Of a stretch of DNA of 64,000 nt, positions 14,781 through 28,706 are shown one piece after another. Source of the DNA: the human T2T-CHM13v2.0 reference genome, Homo sapiens; NCBI RefSeq assembly GCF_009914755.1, contig NC_060942.1. One strand, written 5' to 3'. The position numbers and the translations under genes are program-made. The notes beneath the pieces were generated by a model. It was given only the letters and a program-made list of their open reading frames with translations. It was not told the DNA's origin and searched no databases. The stretch's first letter is position 1. Every line of letters starts with the position of its first letter.

Positions 14781-16307
14781 TCTTCCGAGATGGGAATCAA
14801 CCTAAGCCGAGTGTTGGGGAGAGTTCTCTGTAATTCTAGCTTGCCTCTTGTTCCGTCCTCTTTGCTTCTCTCCAAGCCAGAGCTCGTTCTGAGACACCCC
14901 AGTCATTGCACAGATAAGGTCTTTTGGGTATAGTTTCTCCAGCTTCACCTTAAAAGTCCCACTGAAATACGTGCCAGGTAGTGCTGTTAGCCTTACTGGT
15001 AATCCGCTTGACTTGCGTTTGCAGAAATCACTCCAAATTCGACCATTCTCTACACGTGGTGGCCCTCCTCACATTCTTTAAGCTCTTCCAACTGAAGTGT
15101 GCCCTAGTGGGCACACCATGTACTATGGAGCTGCACGCATTCTTACTATTCCAACCCAAAGCAAACATCCCATTTTACAAGCCCTACCATGCAACTCCCC
15201 GGTTTCCCCATTCTTGCCTTTCCTCCCTTCCCTTTCCCTAGCATGAGAAGAAGTATGTATTATCTTCTCACACATACTTCTATCCCTGTCCCCATGCCTG
15301 CCTCCTTCTCCACAGAGAGCTATACCAAGACTGTCCTTCCCTTAGGATGGACATGCATGCTGGGCTCCTATCGCAGGCACATGGAGAAAGAGGCTCTAGG
15401 AGAGGCCTGCACAGAAGAAGACAAAAGAACTCCCCCAGTGCTTTCTCCATCCTTAGTTTTGGTACAATATCTGTTCCTCTTCCCAGCAGAAAAGATAAGG
15501 AACATCAAAGTAGACAAACTCAATCTCATAGCAATTGATTTTTGTTGAACTCACTTTATACTTGGTCTTATTATATCAACTATTAAAAGATGTTGCCATT
15601 TTATGTCAAAAGATCTAGTGACTTTTAGGCAATTATTTGGGCCTAGGTATTTCTTCTATAGTAAAGACTACAGCACATTCAATAGAGCAAATCAAAACAA
15701 TCATAATACAATTTCACTTGTCAGCTACAAGGTCATCATCTTAATCTATATGCTTTTCACATACATAAATAATGACAAGAAAACATTAGGAGCAGGGTGG
15801 AGAGCAATAGATTTTAAGCGCTATCTTCAAGCAATTTTTCATAAGGAATATTCAATTAGATTTCCAAAGGAAATAAGAAAATAGAATTCTTGTTCTTCAA
15901 AACTAATGGCATTACACGATGGTTTACTTCTTAATGTTTTTCAAGATGCTTTATATCTCTCTTCTTAGGGAATATGCAAACTCCCCAAGAAGAAAAGGCA
16001 TAGAGCAAAAAAGAGCTCTTATGGATGACTGCTTCAGTCAGATTTCATGATTTCCCAGGAGGCAATATTTGGTTGCAGGCTTCCTGTCCTCTACACAGCT
16101 CAAATTACTTTTCCATGTCCCTGAACCTCTAGTAGCACTAACTTATTGAACAAACCCCTTGACCTTTCACTTTCCTTGACTTTAGGCCTCCTTTGTTCTC
16201 ACCCTCCCATGCCATTCTTCCCTACTCATGAGCTCCCATCAGAAGCACTTATCTCCCAATCAACATTTCTTGAGCATAATGAGGGCCATGACAGTGATGT
16301 CATTCTT

Positions 16308-16775
16308 TAGATACTTGGGGTACTCCCCTAAGCAGACCCTAAAACCACCATTCAAATGCAAGTAGTTCGTTTGGGAGGCAATCCCAGGCAACACAGTAGG
16401 GGAGTAGAGATGTAAAATAGGAAAGCAAAAGAACCAAAAAATAACATTCATTATCAAGCAAATTACCACTTTGAGTAACTGGAGCATAAATCCTTCTGTT
16501 GGAGTACTCCAGGAGCTACGTTACACAGTTGTTATACGTGAGGGATGAGGGAACTGGGGTATTTATATACCCAATTCTCACAAGCCATTCAACCATTTAT
16601 TATTAATCCCCTAGCATTTCTAGATTACTGTGTGGAGATGACAAAGTGGATTCCTTTAGCTATTGAAGACCCTCAAGCAGAGAAGCTCAGGGGCCTGCAG
16701 ATGGATATCTAGCAAGCATGCACTGAAACTGTAAGAACAGGGGCGTCTGGGCAGGACATTGCAGGATCTGCTGCT
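16308..16775 (-). mobile_element. LTR16-like (ERVL) solo LTR
   Basis: aagcagaccct...aaatgcaagtagttcgtttgggaggcaatcccagg...ggggtatttatatacc. Confidence 0.7.
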
Positions 16776-17120
16776 GCCACTGTAGTGCTTACTTGCATGA
16801 ATGGGTTCCTCCAAATGCTTTGCTTAAGCCTAGCTAGTGATGGCAAATATATTTCATTTGGTGTGTCAATTTCAATTAGATTGCTAGTGGCTTGGCTGGG
16901 AAAGTTTCTAAGGTTTTGTTAAAGGTTAGCAGGAGAGAGGATCTATGGTTGATCAGAGATCTCTGTAAAAAGACAGTTGGATGAAGACTGGCAATATCTT
17001 GCCAGACATTTGTCATCCCGACTCTGGAATTACTCCTGAAAGTAGTGGGCAGAACCAAGTATGCTGAGGGTCTAAAGAAAAATGAAAATGCCAAAGGAGA
17101 AGTGGGTCAGTGATCAGGCC

Positions 17121-17439
17121 TGTCTTAGCCCATTTGAGTTGCTGCAGCAAGAATACCATGACCTGGGTGATTTATAAACAACACACATTTATTTCTTGTA
17201 GTTCTGGAGGCTGGGAAGTCCAAGATCCAGACACTGGCAGATTTGGTGTTTGATGAGGGCCTGTTCCTCATAGATGGCACTTTCTGGCTGTGTCTTCACA
17301 TGGCACTAATCCCATTCACAAGGGCTCTGTCCGCATGACCTAATTACCTCCTAAAGGCTCTACCTCCTAATACTATCACAATGGAGGAGTGGGGGGAGGT
17401 TTCAATATATGAATTTTGGGAGGACACAAACATTCAGAC
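17121..17439 (-). mobile_element. MLT1A-like MaLR solo LTR
   Basis: tgtcttagcccattt...gttctggaggctgggaagtccaagatc...gaattttgggaggacacaaacattcagac; last few nt missing. Confidence 0.9.
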
Positions 17440-17969
17440 TTCTGCTGAAAATAGAAAATACTCATAAATTATTGGAAGTATGAGACCAGATTAGGAGGAG
17501 TAGAACAACCGCAAGGACTCTGTTGACCCCCACCCCCAACCCCGCAAAGCAAAATCCCTGCTCTCCTTCAGAGAGGTCAGAGGGAGCTTTGTCTCTGTTC
17601 CCCTGTTATTACTCTGGCTGAGCTTCATCGTCTGGGCTTCTGAATACCAAGTCTGGGCAGAAGTGGGAAAGCTTGCCTGGGGGCAAAAGAAAATGAATCA
17701 GCCTGAGCAATAGAACATTTGACATGAAGACTGAATATTTCATGTGATTTTGAAAAGTTCAACCTAGGCTTTTCCGAGGTTGAATATTACTTAATGTGTT
17801 CATTTAAGCAATTTAGTGATCATCTGTTATAAGCCCCCAATTATTGCATGCTCTTGAAAAATAAAAAGATCAACAAGGCATCAAGACATAGTCCAGGCCC
17901 TCAAAAATCCCATAAGCTAGGGGGAAAAGGCAATACAAACTTTACCAAGAAGCCCAAGGAAGGGTAGTC

Positions 17970-18274
17970 TTTTTTTTTTTTTTTTTTTTTTTTTTTGAGA
18001 CAGTCTTGTACTGTCGCCCGGGCTGGAGTGCAGTGGCGCCATCTCGGCTCACTGCAACCTCGCCTCCAGGGTTCAAGCAATTCTCCTGCCTCAGCCTCCC
18101 AAGTAGCTGGGATTACAGCTGCGTGCCACCATACCCAGCTAATTTTTTGTATTTTTAGTAGAGACAGGGCTTTGCCATGTTGGCCAGGCTGGTCTTGAAC
18201 TCCTGACCTCATGATTCACCTGCCTCAGCTTCCCAAAGTGCTGGGATTACAGGCGTGAGCCACCATGCTCGGCC
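17970..18274 (-). mobile_element. Alu (AluSg-like)
   Basis: Long poly-T then antisense dimer. Confidence 0.97.
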
Positions 18275-18289
18275 TGTGAAGGGGAGCCA

Positions 18290-18490
18290 TTAAGGGCCCA
18301 GACTCTCTGGGCTTTAATCCTAAACCCACCACTTACTAGCTAGGTGACCTGGAGACATTTATTTCATCTCTTTGTGCCTCGGTGTCCTCCTTGGTTCCTC
18401 TCTCATGGGGTTGTTTTGGAAATTATATCTGTGAACATATGTAAAACTAGAATAGCCCCTGATATGTAGTCAAACTCAATACATTTTATC
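18290..18490 (+). mobile_element. MIR
   Basis: tttaatcct...ccaccacttactagctaggtgacctgg...tctctttgtgcctcggtgtcctc. Confidence 0.7.
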
Positions 18491-18732
18491 TTTTTCTTTT
18501 CCTATGAGACAATGGATTAGGAACATCTCATTTCCTAGCTGAAGGATCAGGGAGACTATGAAGAGTTACTGTGAGTAAAATAGGCCCTGGAAGACAAACA
18601 GATTTCACCAAATGAAAATGGGAGGAAGGCTCCTCTGGGCAAATAGCAGGCCATGTGCAAAGAGACAGAGGAGGGGAGGTAGGGATGTCCAGGGAGCAGC
18701 ATCCCACTGACTGCCACATGTAGAAGGAGTGA

Positions 18733-19125
<393 letters not shown>

Positions 19126-20239
19126 TAAAATATGACTGTGGCGAAAGAATCCATGAGTATATATGAATTGCTATAAAATCCTCTCACCTGTTTCTTTCTT
19201 TCTAGGTTTATCAAAAAGTACGGAATCTAAAATGAAAGCATACTAACTCATACTTCCTAATTGAGTCAACTCAATCTGAATCCATGCCGCATCCATTCCA
19301 TAATGTCTCTGACATGGCTGGGAGCCACTCTGGACCCCATATTTTTCTCTAGGCTGCAGCATGACATTCACCTGGGTGGATGGGGCAGAAGGCCACATAC
19401 ACGGATTCCACCCTCTCTTTGTCTGCGGACACGTGCAGAAAAATCAGCACTTTCATACACAAAGGTAGTGAATTAGTTTCAAATTGAGTAAGTACTAATA
19501 AGGCATCTAGCTGAGTGCTATGACATGTTAATAAAGCCCTGACACTCTTTTAGGTCGTGAAGTCAGGGATGACTTCTCTGAGGATGTAATTGCTAAGCCC
19601 AAGCTTGAAGGAAAAGAAGCCAACCATAGGAGGAGCCAGACAGGGGAAAGCACTTCAGCATGAGCAAAGGACCTCAAGGAAAACACCAGAAAACAGGCCG
19701 ATGTGGCTGGAGTGAAATGAGGGCAAAGCCCTGCGGTTTTCTTCTCTGCTTGTTTACATGTTACAGAGAATGAGAATATTCTCTGCATTGTTCATTTCTC
19801 TGCTGAAAATAGAAAATACTCATGATTTCATGGAAGTATGAGACCAGATTAGGAGGAGCAGAACAATGGCACAAGGTCGTGGGCAATTCTAAAATAGAGT
19901 GGAGAGCCCGGCCCAACCCAAGGCCAAGGCTATCCTTCAAAAGCATGAAGGGTCTGAACATAAACAAACTGAGCATCGATCACTCGGGCCTATTTTGGAG
20001 CGTGGCTCCCTCTTCCTAGGAGGACCTCCACCCCATCATTCAGCATAGATTAAGACACCAGAAGAGAAATATCCCTGAGAAATTACCCCCTAGATCTCTG
20101 CTCACATTAGTGTGGAATCTTCTGACCTCAGGACCAGAAAAGGCCATAGGCAAACTTCTAGGGGTCACTTATCATTAGGAACAACCACAATAAAATCATT
20201 TCAGAGAAATGAGTTGTCTTAACCACCAGAGAAGAGAGT

Positions 20240-20650
20240 AGGGGAATACGAACAGACTTCCATCCACCCTTTCAGGCTCTTTGGCTAGGCTATGAAGTAA
20301 GTTAACATAAGGCAAATAAACAAGAGGAAAAAGACAATTTTAATTACATATCCCTGCTCAGGAGACCCAAAAAATATGAGACTCAAAGAAGGGTCAGATG
20401 ATTGAAGCTTATATTGCATCCTGAGCTATTGAAAAGAACAGGAGTTTGAGGCTCCTCCTGGTTGTTGGGGGGCAGGGGTAGGGGTGACAAACTATGGGGA
20501 AGTTATAGGGGGGTAAGGGGAGGAGTTGTATAGTGATTAAGGTTGTCCTGTTATTCAGATTAAAAAAACCTTAGGTAATAAAAGTCATCTCAGAGCAGCC
20601 TTTGGAAGAATAGGTGACTGCCTGGGCATGCTGTCAACCTCTGGCCAAGC
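20240..20650 (-). mobile_element. ERV1 LTR fragment (MER31/MER67-like)
   Basis: tgagactcaaagaagggtcagatgattgaagcttatattgcatcctgagcta...tcagagcagcc motifs recalled from this LTR group. Confidence 0.55.
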
Positions 20651-20759
20651 TTAGGCTTCTTTAGCATCTATTATCAGCTTTGGGAAATGTCCTCTCACTC
20701 CTTCTCATGCTGCTGATCAGACTGGTAATCAGGGAAAAGGTGGGGACTAACATTGGTTG

Positions 20760-20960
20760 GGCATCTACTACTGTGCCAAGGACTTTACTTATATTATTTC
20801 ATTGATACCTTATAGCACATTTATTAATTTAATTTTATTTTATGGCTAAAGAAACTCAAGTTCATAGAGCGTTAGTAACTTGCCGAAGCACTCACAACTG
20901 ATAAGAAGCAGAGTCAAAACTGGATCCAGATCTGTGTAACCCGCCAAGTCAAGCTCTTTC
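20760..20960 (-). mobile_element. MIR
   Basis: gcatctactactgtgccaag...aagaaactcaagttcatagagcgttagtaacttgcc...aagcagagtc. Confidence 0.7.
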
Positions 20961-21002
20961 TAAAAATGTGCACAGGTTTTCTGCCAATTTAAAAACATGC
21001 TG

Positions 21003-23095
<2,093 letters not shown>

Positions 23096-23104
23096 AAAGA
23101 AAAA

Positions 23105-23350
23105 CACAGTGGTAAGAACATAAACTGTGGAGCCAGGCAGCATAAGTTTGGTTCCCTACTCTGTCATCTATTAGCTGAATAGACTTGGGCAAATAACTCA
23201 GCCTTCTGTGTCTCAGAGGTGTTATCTATGTGTATCGATATAAGGCTGTAAATAGGGCCTTCCTTAAATAGGGTGGGGATAAAATGAATTAGCTAATATT
23301 GTAAAGCACTTAAACTACTGCCAAACACATAGTAGGTGATCAATAAATAC
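23105..23350 (+). mobile_element. MIR, near full length
   Basis: cagtggtaagaacataaactgtggagccagg...gacttgggcaaataactc...gtaaagcactta...catagtagg. Confidence 0.82.
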
Positions 23351-23639
23351 AAGCTGTTTGTAATTTCTAGTAACTTATGAAAGAAAAACAGTAGTTACCA
23401 TAGAAGGATTCCATGGTTTTATTTTCACAAGCATTTCTGTATCAGCTGTCTAGTGTAGCTAACAAAGAATTTTTTGCTTTCTACCTTAAAGTCACAATGT
23501 CTTTTTTTAATGCCACAAATATTATTAATCAAAATTTGCCTCACCACTTAATTTCCAATAATAGAATAGTTAAGAAAAAGCTGTAGCTACTTAATGCTAT
23601 ATTACGTATTTTTAAATGATAACATGAGGACTATGTATC

Positions 23640-23830
23640 CAAATGGAACCATACTTTCAACATAATAAGTGAAAAAAGGAGAAGTGTAAAATTATGCAAA
23701 TACTATGATGACATGTATATGAAAAAAATAGACTGGAAGGAAAAGACCAAAATTATAACAGTCTTTATATTAGTAACTTGAAGTTATTAATATTTCCCTT
23801 ATTTTCCAACATTTATTGTTATGTGACGTA
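23640..23830 (+). mobile_element. L1ME-type 3' fragment
   Basis: taagtgaaaaaagg...gactggaaggaaaagaccaaaattataacagt. Confidence 0.5.
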
Positions 23831-24549
23831 GCTACATCATAATAAAATAATGCACCATCCCAATGCATTTCTTACTTCACATTAGAACAAACAAAACACC
23901 CATCTATAATCTGTTATAACAACTTTAACGTTCCATGTATGCGAGAGGGTGAGTTTTGTATAAAATAAAAGGCTAAGCATGTTCAAGAATATCACAAAAG
24001 ATGAACAAAAACCTTTAGAAAGAATAAGAATCTAAGTCCTTCCATTAAAAAAAATACATTTTCCTTAACAGCTAAAATTGGCAGTCTGTGCTAAGAAAAC
24101 ACTAGAGAAGCCAGGAGGAAACCTGAGGCTGCTTACAGTTCCACTGTGGAAGCGCTTCTGACAGATGGAGGCTTCCTTTCCCCCTCTATTTCAGGCCTGC
24201 AGGAACTCTGACCAAATCAGGGCCAAGGTGCCAATGTGAACCTCAGCCTGCTCCTTCCCGTGGCTGGGTCCCGTGACTCTATGACTCTACTTGATCCTTA
24301 CACTGAACAGGGCCCCAGCTGGTCCCAAGATCTCTGTGGTCTCTCACTCCAGCTATTCTTGCCTCATCCATGTCATGCCTTCTGCCCTCCCCATCCTTCC
24401 ATCTCCTCCTCTGTCTTCCTGTCTTTGGACATCAGTAGGTCAGTTCATGGGTGTCACTGGACATAGACAAAAATGGCCACCTGCCATTGCTGGGCCAACC
24501 AGTTGCAGAGGGACTGAAGGCACTTTGGGGTGGCCAGTCGTTATTCAGC

Positions 24550-24775
24550 GTGGCAGCAGGGCAGCCAGAAGCTCGGACACCTGCTTGTCTGATTTGAATT
24601 CACAGCTTCACCATTTATGAGCAGGCTGACTTTAGACATGCCAATTCAACTCGTGAAGCCTCCATTTCTCCATCTGGAAAGCTGGGATGATCATGACAAT
24701 ATCTACTGCATCGTGTTCCTGTGAGGAATCAATAAACTACTATATGAAGTATTGGCATGGTCATTGCTCAATGGA
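24550..24775 (+). mobile_element. MIR
   Basis: tttgaattcacagcttcaccatttatgagc...gcctccatttctccatctggaaagctgggatga. Confidence 0.7.
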
Positions 24776-26371
24776 AGCTTTTAATGGAAACTTCAGCTCA
24801 AGCTTCACCCTTGAGATATTAGTCTCTGCAAGTCTTTTCTGAATCCTTCCGTAGCCTTTGAGTCAGTTCCTTTCCTCCTACTCATCCTCCTCTTCCACTG
24901 AACAGTATGTGACTCTATAATGGCAGGAAAAAAAGAGAGCCTGATAAACTTCTCTATTTTCATATCTAGAGAACGACACAGCCTTTACCAGGAGCATGGT
25001 GAGAACCACCATTCAGTCCTGTCTCAGCCTGAGTCTTTATTTTCATCCAAAGTGATTAGGCAATTTGTACAAAGTCTTTGCTACAAGTGGTGTATCAGAA
25101 ATACAAACCATATTTGTCAATAACACCAAAGTCCACATATATTCCACATATTTATGTTAATAAATTTTTTTGTTTCCTTTTCTTTTTAAGAGGATTGATT
25201 GAAGCTTCAAGGAATGAATGAAGCATCAGCAGGAGAGGAACTAGGGTCACAGGCTGCCCCCTAAATCCTGGTACCTCTCAAATCACACCACCTAAGAGAA
25301 CTTTGAGACACAGAGGGGCAGAGTGTCCTGTCATCCTTTGTCCCCTGTGCAGCCCTGCACCTCCGTGTGGGAGGGCGGGAGCAGCCACAGAGGAAAGCCC
25401 AGGCACCTCTTGGCCACCTTGCTTAATGCAAATAAAATTTCTGCGGAAATCTAGTATAAATCTTTGTAAATTGGATCGTACTTTCAATTGACATTTAATT
25501 TCAACACTGTGTTCCATGAAGAGAAAATAAATTGGCCCTGAGATCACAAAGGAACTCAGTAAACCATTTGCAATTGTACATTTAGCCAAAAAGTATTAGA
25601 AAATGTTTTAACACATCCAATTAAGTAAAATAATGATAAAAATACAGCAGAGCAGAGACCACCAGAAACTGTACATGAAAAGGAGTAAGATCTCATTTCA
25701 CTGGAACAGCTCCTGGGATTTGAGGGCGTAGATTTTTTCTTTTAATGAAAATTACTCTCAAGGTTCTATTCTTTGAACAACTCTTCTCTCCCCACAGTTC
25801 TCAGTGGATCTCTATCACCCATCAGCCTCTAGAAACATCAGCTCCTCCAGCATCAAACTCTTTTCCCTCCTTTGTGATCACAACTTTTTTTTAAAAGAGT
25901 TATTTAACCTGCCACCCATTAATAAATAAGTATAACTAAAGACGTGCATTTAGCCATGCTGATTTAAGTCAGTGTCACTGAAATATTTTTGCCGAAGTCA
26001 TCAGAAAAGCATCTCTAAGCAAACCTCCTGAACATTATTATCATCCTTGCAGCCTGTGTTCTATTACAGAAAGTGGGAATTCTGCATTCCACCTGAATAT
26101 ATAACCATTGTGCTTTTTATTACAGAAACATTTTAAGTTACAAGTTATATTGCTTTAATTTCTCCCCCACCCTCCCACATTTTTGAGGAAAATTGATGCC
26201 ATTTATCCTGTGGACTGCTTCATATCCCAGAGGTCATGTAACCAAATTTGAGAAGCACACACTACAGAAACCAAAACAGGACAATAGGCAGACAGCTCAG
26301 CCTCAGGAATGTTAAGCACAGAGGATCCTATCCTTCCATCTATGTTCTAACAATCCATTGGAAAGTGGAGA

Positions 26372-26372
<1 letters not shown>

Positions 26373-26420
<48 letters not shown>
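26373..26420. repeat. (ATT)n microsatellite derived from the Alu tail
   Basis: About 16 uninterrupted ATT units. Confidence 0.95.
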
Positions 26421-26705
26421 TGAGACAGTTTCGCTATTGTTGCCCAGGCTGGAGTGCAATGGCATGATCTCAGCTCACCACAACCTCCACCTCCCAGGTT
26501 CAAAACGATTCTCCTGCCTCAGCCTCCCAAGTAGCTGGGACTACAAGCATGTGCCACCAAGCCCAGCTAATTTTTTTGTATTTTTAGTAGAGATGGGGTT
26601 TCTCCACGTTAGTCAGGCTGCTCTCGAACTCCTGACCTCAGGTGATCCATCCGCCTCGGCCTCCCAAAGTGCTGGGATTACAGGTGTGAGCCACCGTGCC
26701 CGGCC
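26373..26705 (-). mobile_element. Alu (AluSp-like) with (ATT)n tail
   Basis: Antisense dimer; TSD agtggagac at 26364-26372 and 26706-26714. Confidence 0.97.
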
Positions 26706-27949
26706 AGTGGAGACTTATTTTGAAGGGGGTAAATTTAAAGCAACATTCTTTAGATGTGCCATCTGCAATAGCATCAGGTATAAAGGCGTAGGTCCTGAAG
26801 TGGCTGTGCCCACAGTGACAACACAGGGGAGGAGCAGTGTCCCTGCTCCACGAGAAGATCATAGGAATGTCACCAGGACAGAAGTGCTGAGGAAGGTATC
26901 TCATTTCGTCTACATTAGCCTGCTAGGGGCTCAAAGCAAAGAATGAGCAATATGTAAATGAGGACAAGGAATGATTAATCCTCAAAGTTCGACTGCCTTT
27001 TTCCAACAGTTGCCTCATTTCTTGGATATTTGCCCATTAGGCCTCTGTCTTTTTTTTTTTTTTTTAGGGTTTTCCATCTTCTCTCCTTCGTCTCTCCCTT
27101 TTCTGTGGGAGCTCTTGCCATGCTAGCCAAACACACAGAAAACGTGCTGGAGAAGGAGAAGGTTATGTCCTTCTAAAAGGATCCATGAATGTGTCTCTTT
27201 TTGAATTTCAAATACTGCAGCTAGATTTGCAAACCTTTTCAAAGTCATCGAGTTCTATTGGCAATAATATTTGATCATCATGTGGTAAACACCCACTAGG
27301 AGCAAATGTTATCAACCGAATGGAATTCTAGCCACTATGATATTTCAGCTCTGACGAATAAAGAGGTGGGGGAAGGCAGAGCAGGGAAGAGTTCTTTGGG
27401 GTCAGTAATTACATGATAAGCCTGGGAAAAGGCTTACTCACATCTAAGAATCATTAAAGGGAGAGCTATAGTTTTGGCCAAGAGATATAAAGATTTGAAA
27501 AAAGATATTAAGTTGAAATCCTTTACTTAAAATGAAATAAACTGTACTTGACATTTGGAAACTGCTGCTCCAGCAAAGATAAAGGCACTAAGGTTTCCAA
27601 ATGGAAGGTTGAGATAGAATGTGGAGGCTTCCTGAGATTCTGAAGTATAATTTAGAAACTAGAAGCAAAAACTCAGATTCTTGGAAGATGTTCAGTAAAG
27701 GAAATATTTTTCTTGGCACGATGTGCTTCATTTTTCTTAGAGAAAAATTAGAAAAAAAGAACAGGCCGAGGAGGGCCAGTTTGCATAAATGGGGCAGAGG
27801 CTGTAATAAAAAATAAACAGTGCAAACTCATTTCTTTTGGGCTCAACAAAGCAGGAGACAGCAAACAAATAAAAATGAAGAAAAGTAATTTGATCAGAAA
27901 ATATTTGTTTATTTTAAATCAAAAGCTATATGAATATTTTTTAGATATT

Positions 27950-28304
27950 AAAAAAATTATTTTTTTTAGATTCAGGGGGCATATGTGCATGTCTGTCACA
28001 TGAGTGTATTGCATTGGTGGGGATTAGGCTTGTTATAATATCTGTTACTCAAATAATGAATATTGTATCCAAGAGGTAATTTATCAGCCTTCGCCCTCCC
28101 ACCCAACTTCCTCCCTTTGGAGTCCCAGTGTCTGTTATTTCCATCTTTATGTCCATGTGTACCGGTTATTTAGCTCCCACTTTCCAGTGAGAACACGTGG
28201 TATTTGGTTTTCTGTTTCTGACTGAGTTAGTGCACTTAGGCTGATGTTCTCCAACTCCATCCATGTTTCTGCAGAGGATATGACTTCAGTTCTTTTTTAT
28301 GGCT
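27950..28304 (-). mobile_element. Old L1P-type 3' end, short 5'-truncated insertion
   Basis: Antisense L1 3' UTR (ttagctcccact...agtgagaacacgtggtatttggttttctgtt); probable TSD caaaagct(a/g)t(a/c)tgaat at 27920-27935 and 28306-28321. Confidence 0.88.
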
Positions 28305-28681
28305 ACAAAAGCTGTCTGAATTCTAATCAAAGGAATTATGAGAAGGCTTAAATGTAGAGTGACCAGCAGCAGCAGTAGCATGTACACAGTATTGAACCTG
28401 GTAAGACACCCAAATCCTAATCTCCCCAAATCCTGAAATGGAGAATAGAAAGTGTTTAACTGGAGAGAGACAGAACCCATATCTAAATCAGCAAAAGGGC
28501 TCTGAGAAACTCATCAGCCTCGAAATCCTCCATCTCTGATTTATGGGATGATCTTCACCACGGGCTCTCTGGATGGAGATGGTGGATGGGAATCATGTGT
28601 GACATGTCTGCTTGCCTGCATTTAAACACAAGTATCCCAGTGTTCCTAGACAGACACTCTGTTTCTGCAATCTCTAGCATT

Positions 28682-28706
28682 GTTTTGGTTTGGTTTGGTT
28701 TGGTTT
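28682..28706. repeat. (TTTGG)n short repeat
   Basis: gttttggtttggtttggtttggttt. Confidence 0.8.

Noticed and set aside
26248-26946. 232-aa ORF with poly-Leu, signal-peptide-like
   Set aside because: Poly-Leu is the (ATT)n Alu tail and most of the rest is antisense Alu translation; non-ATG start
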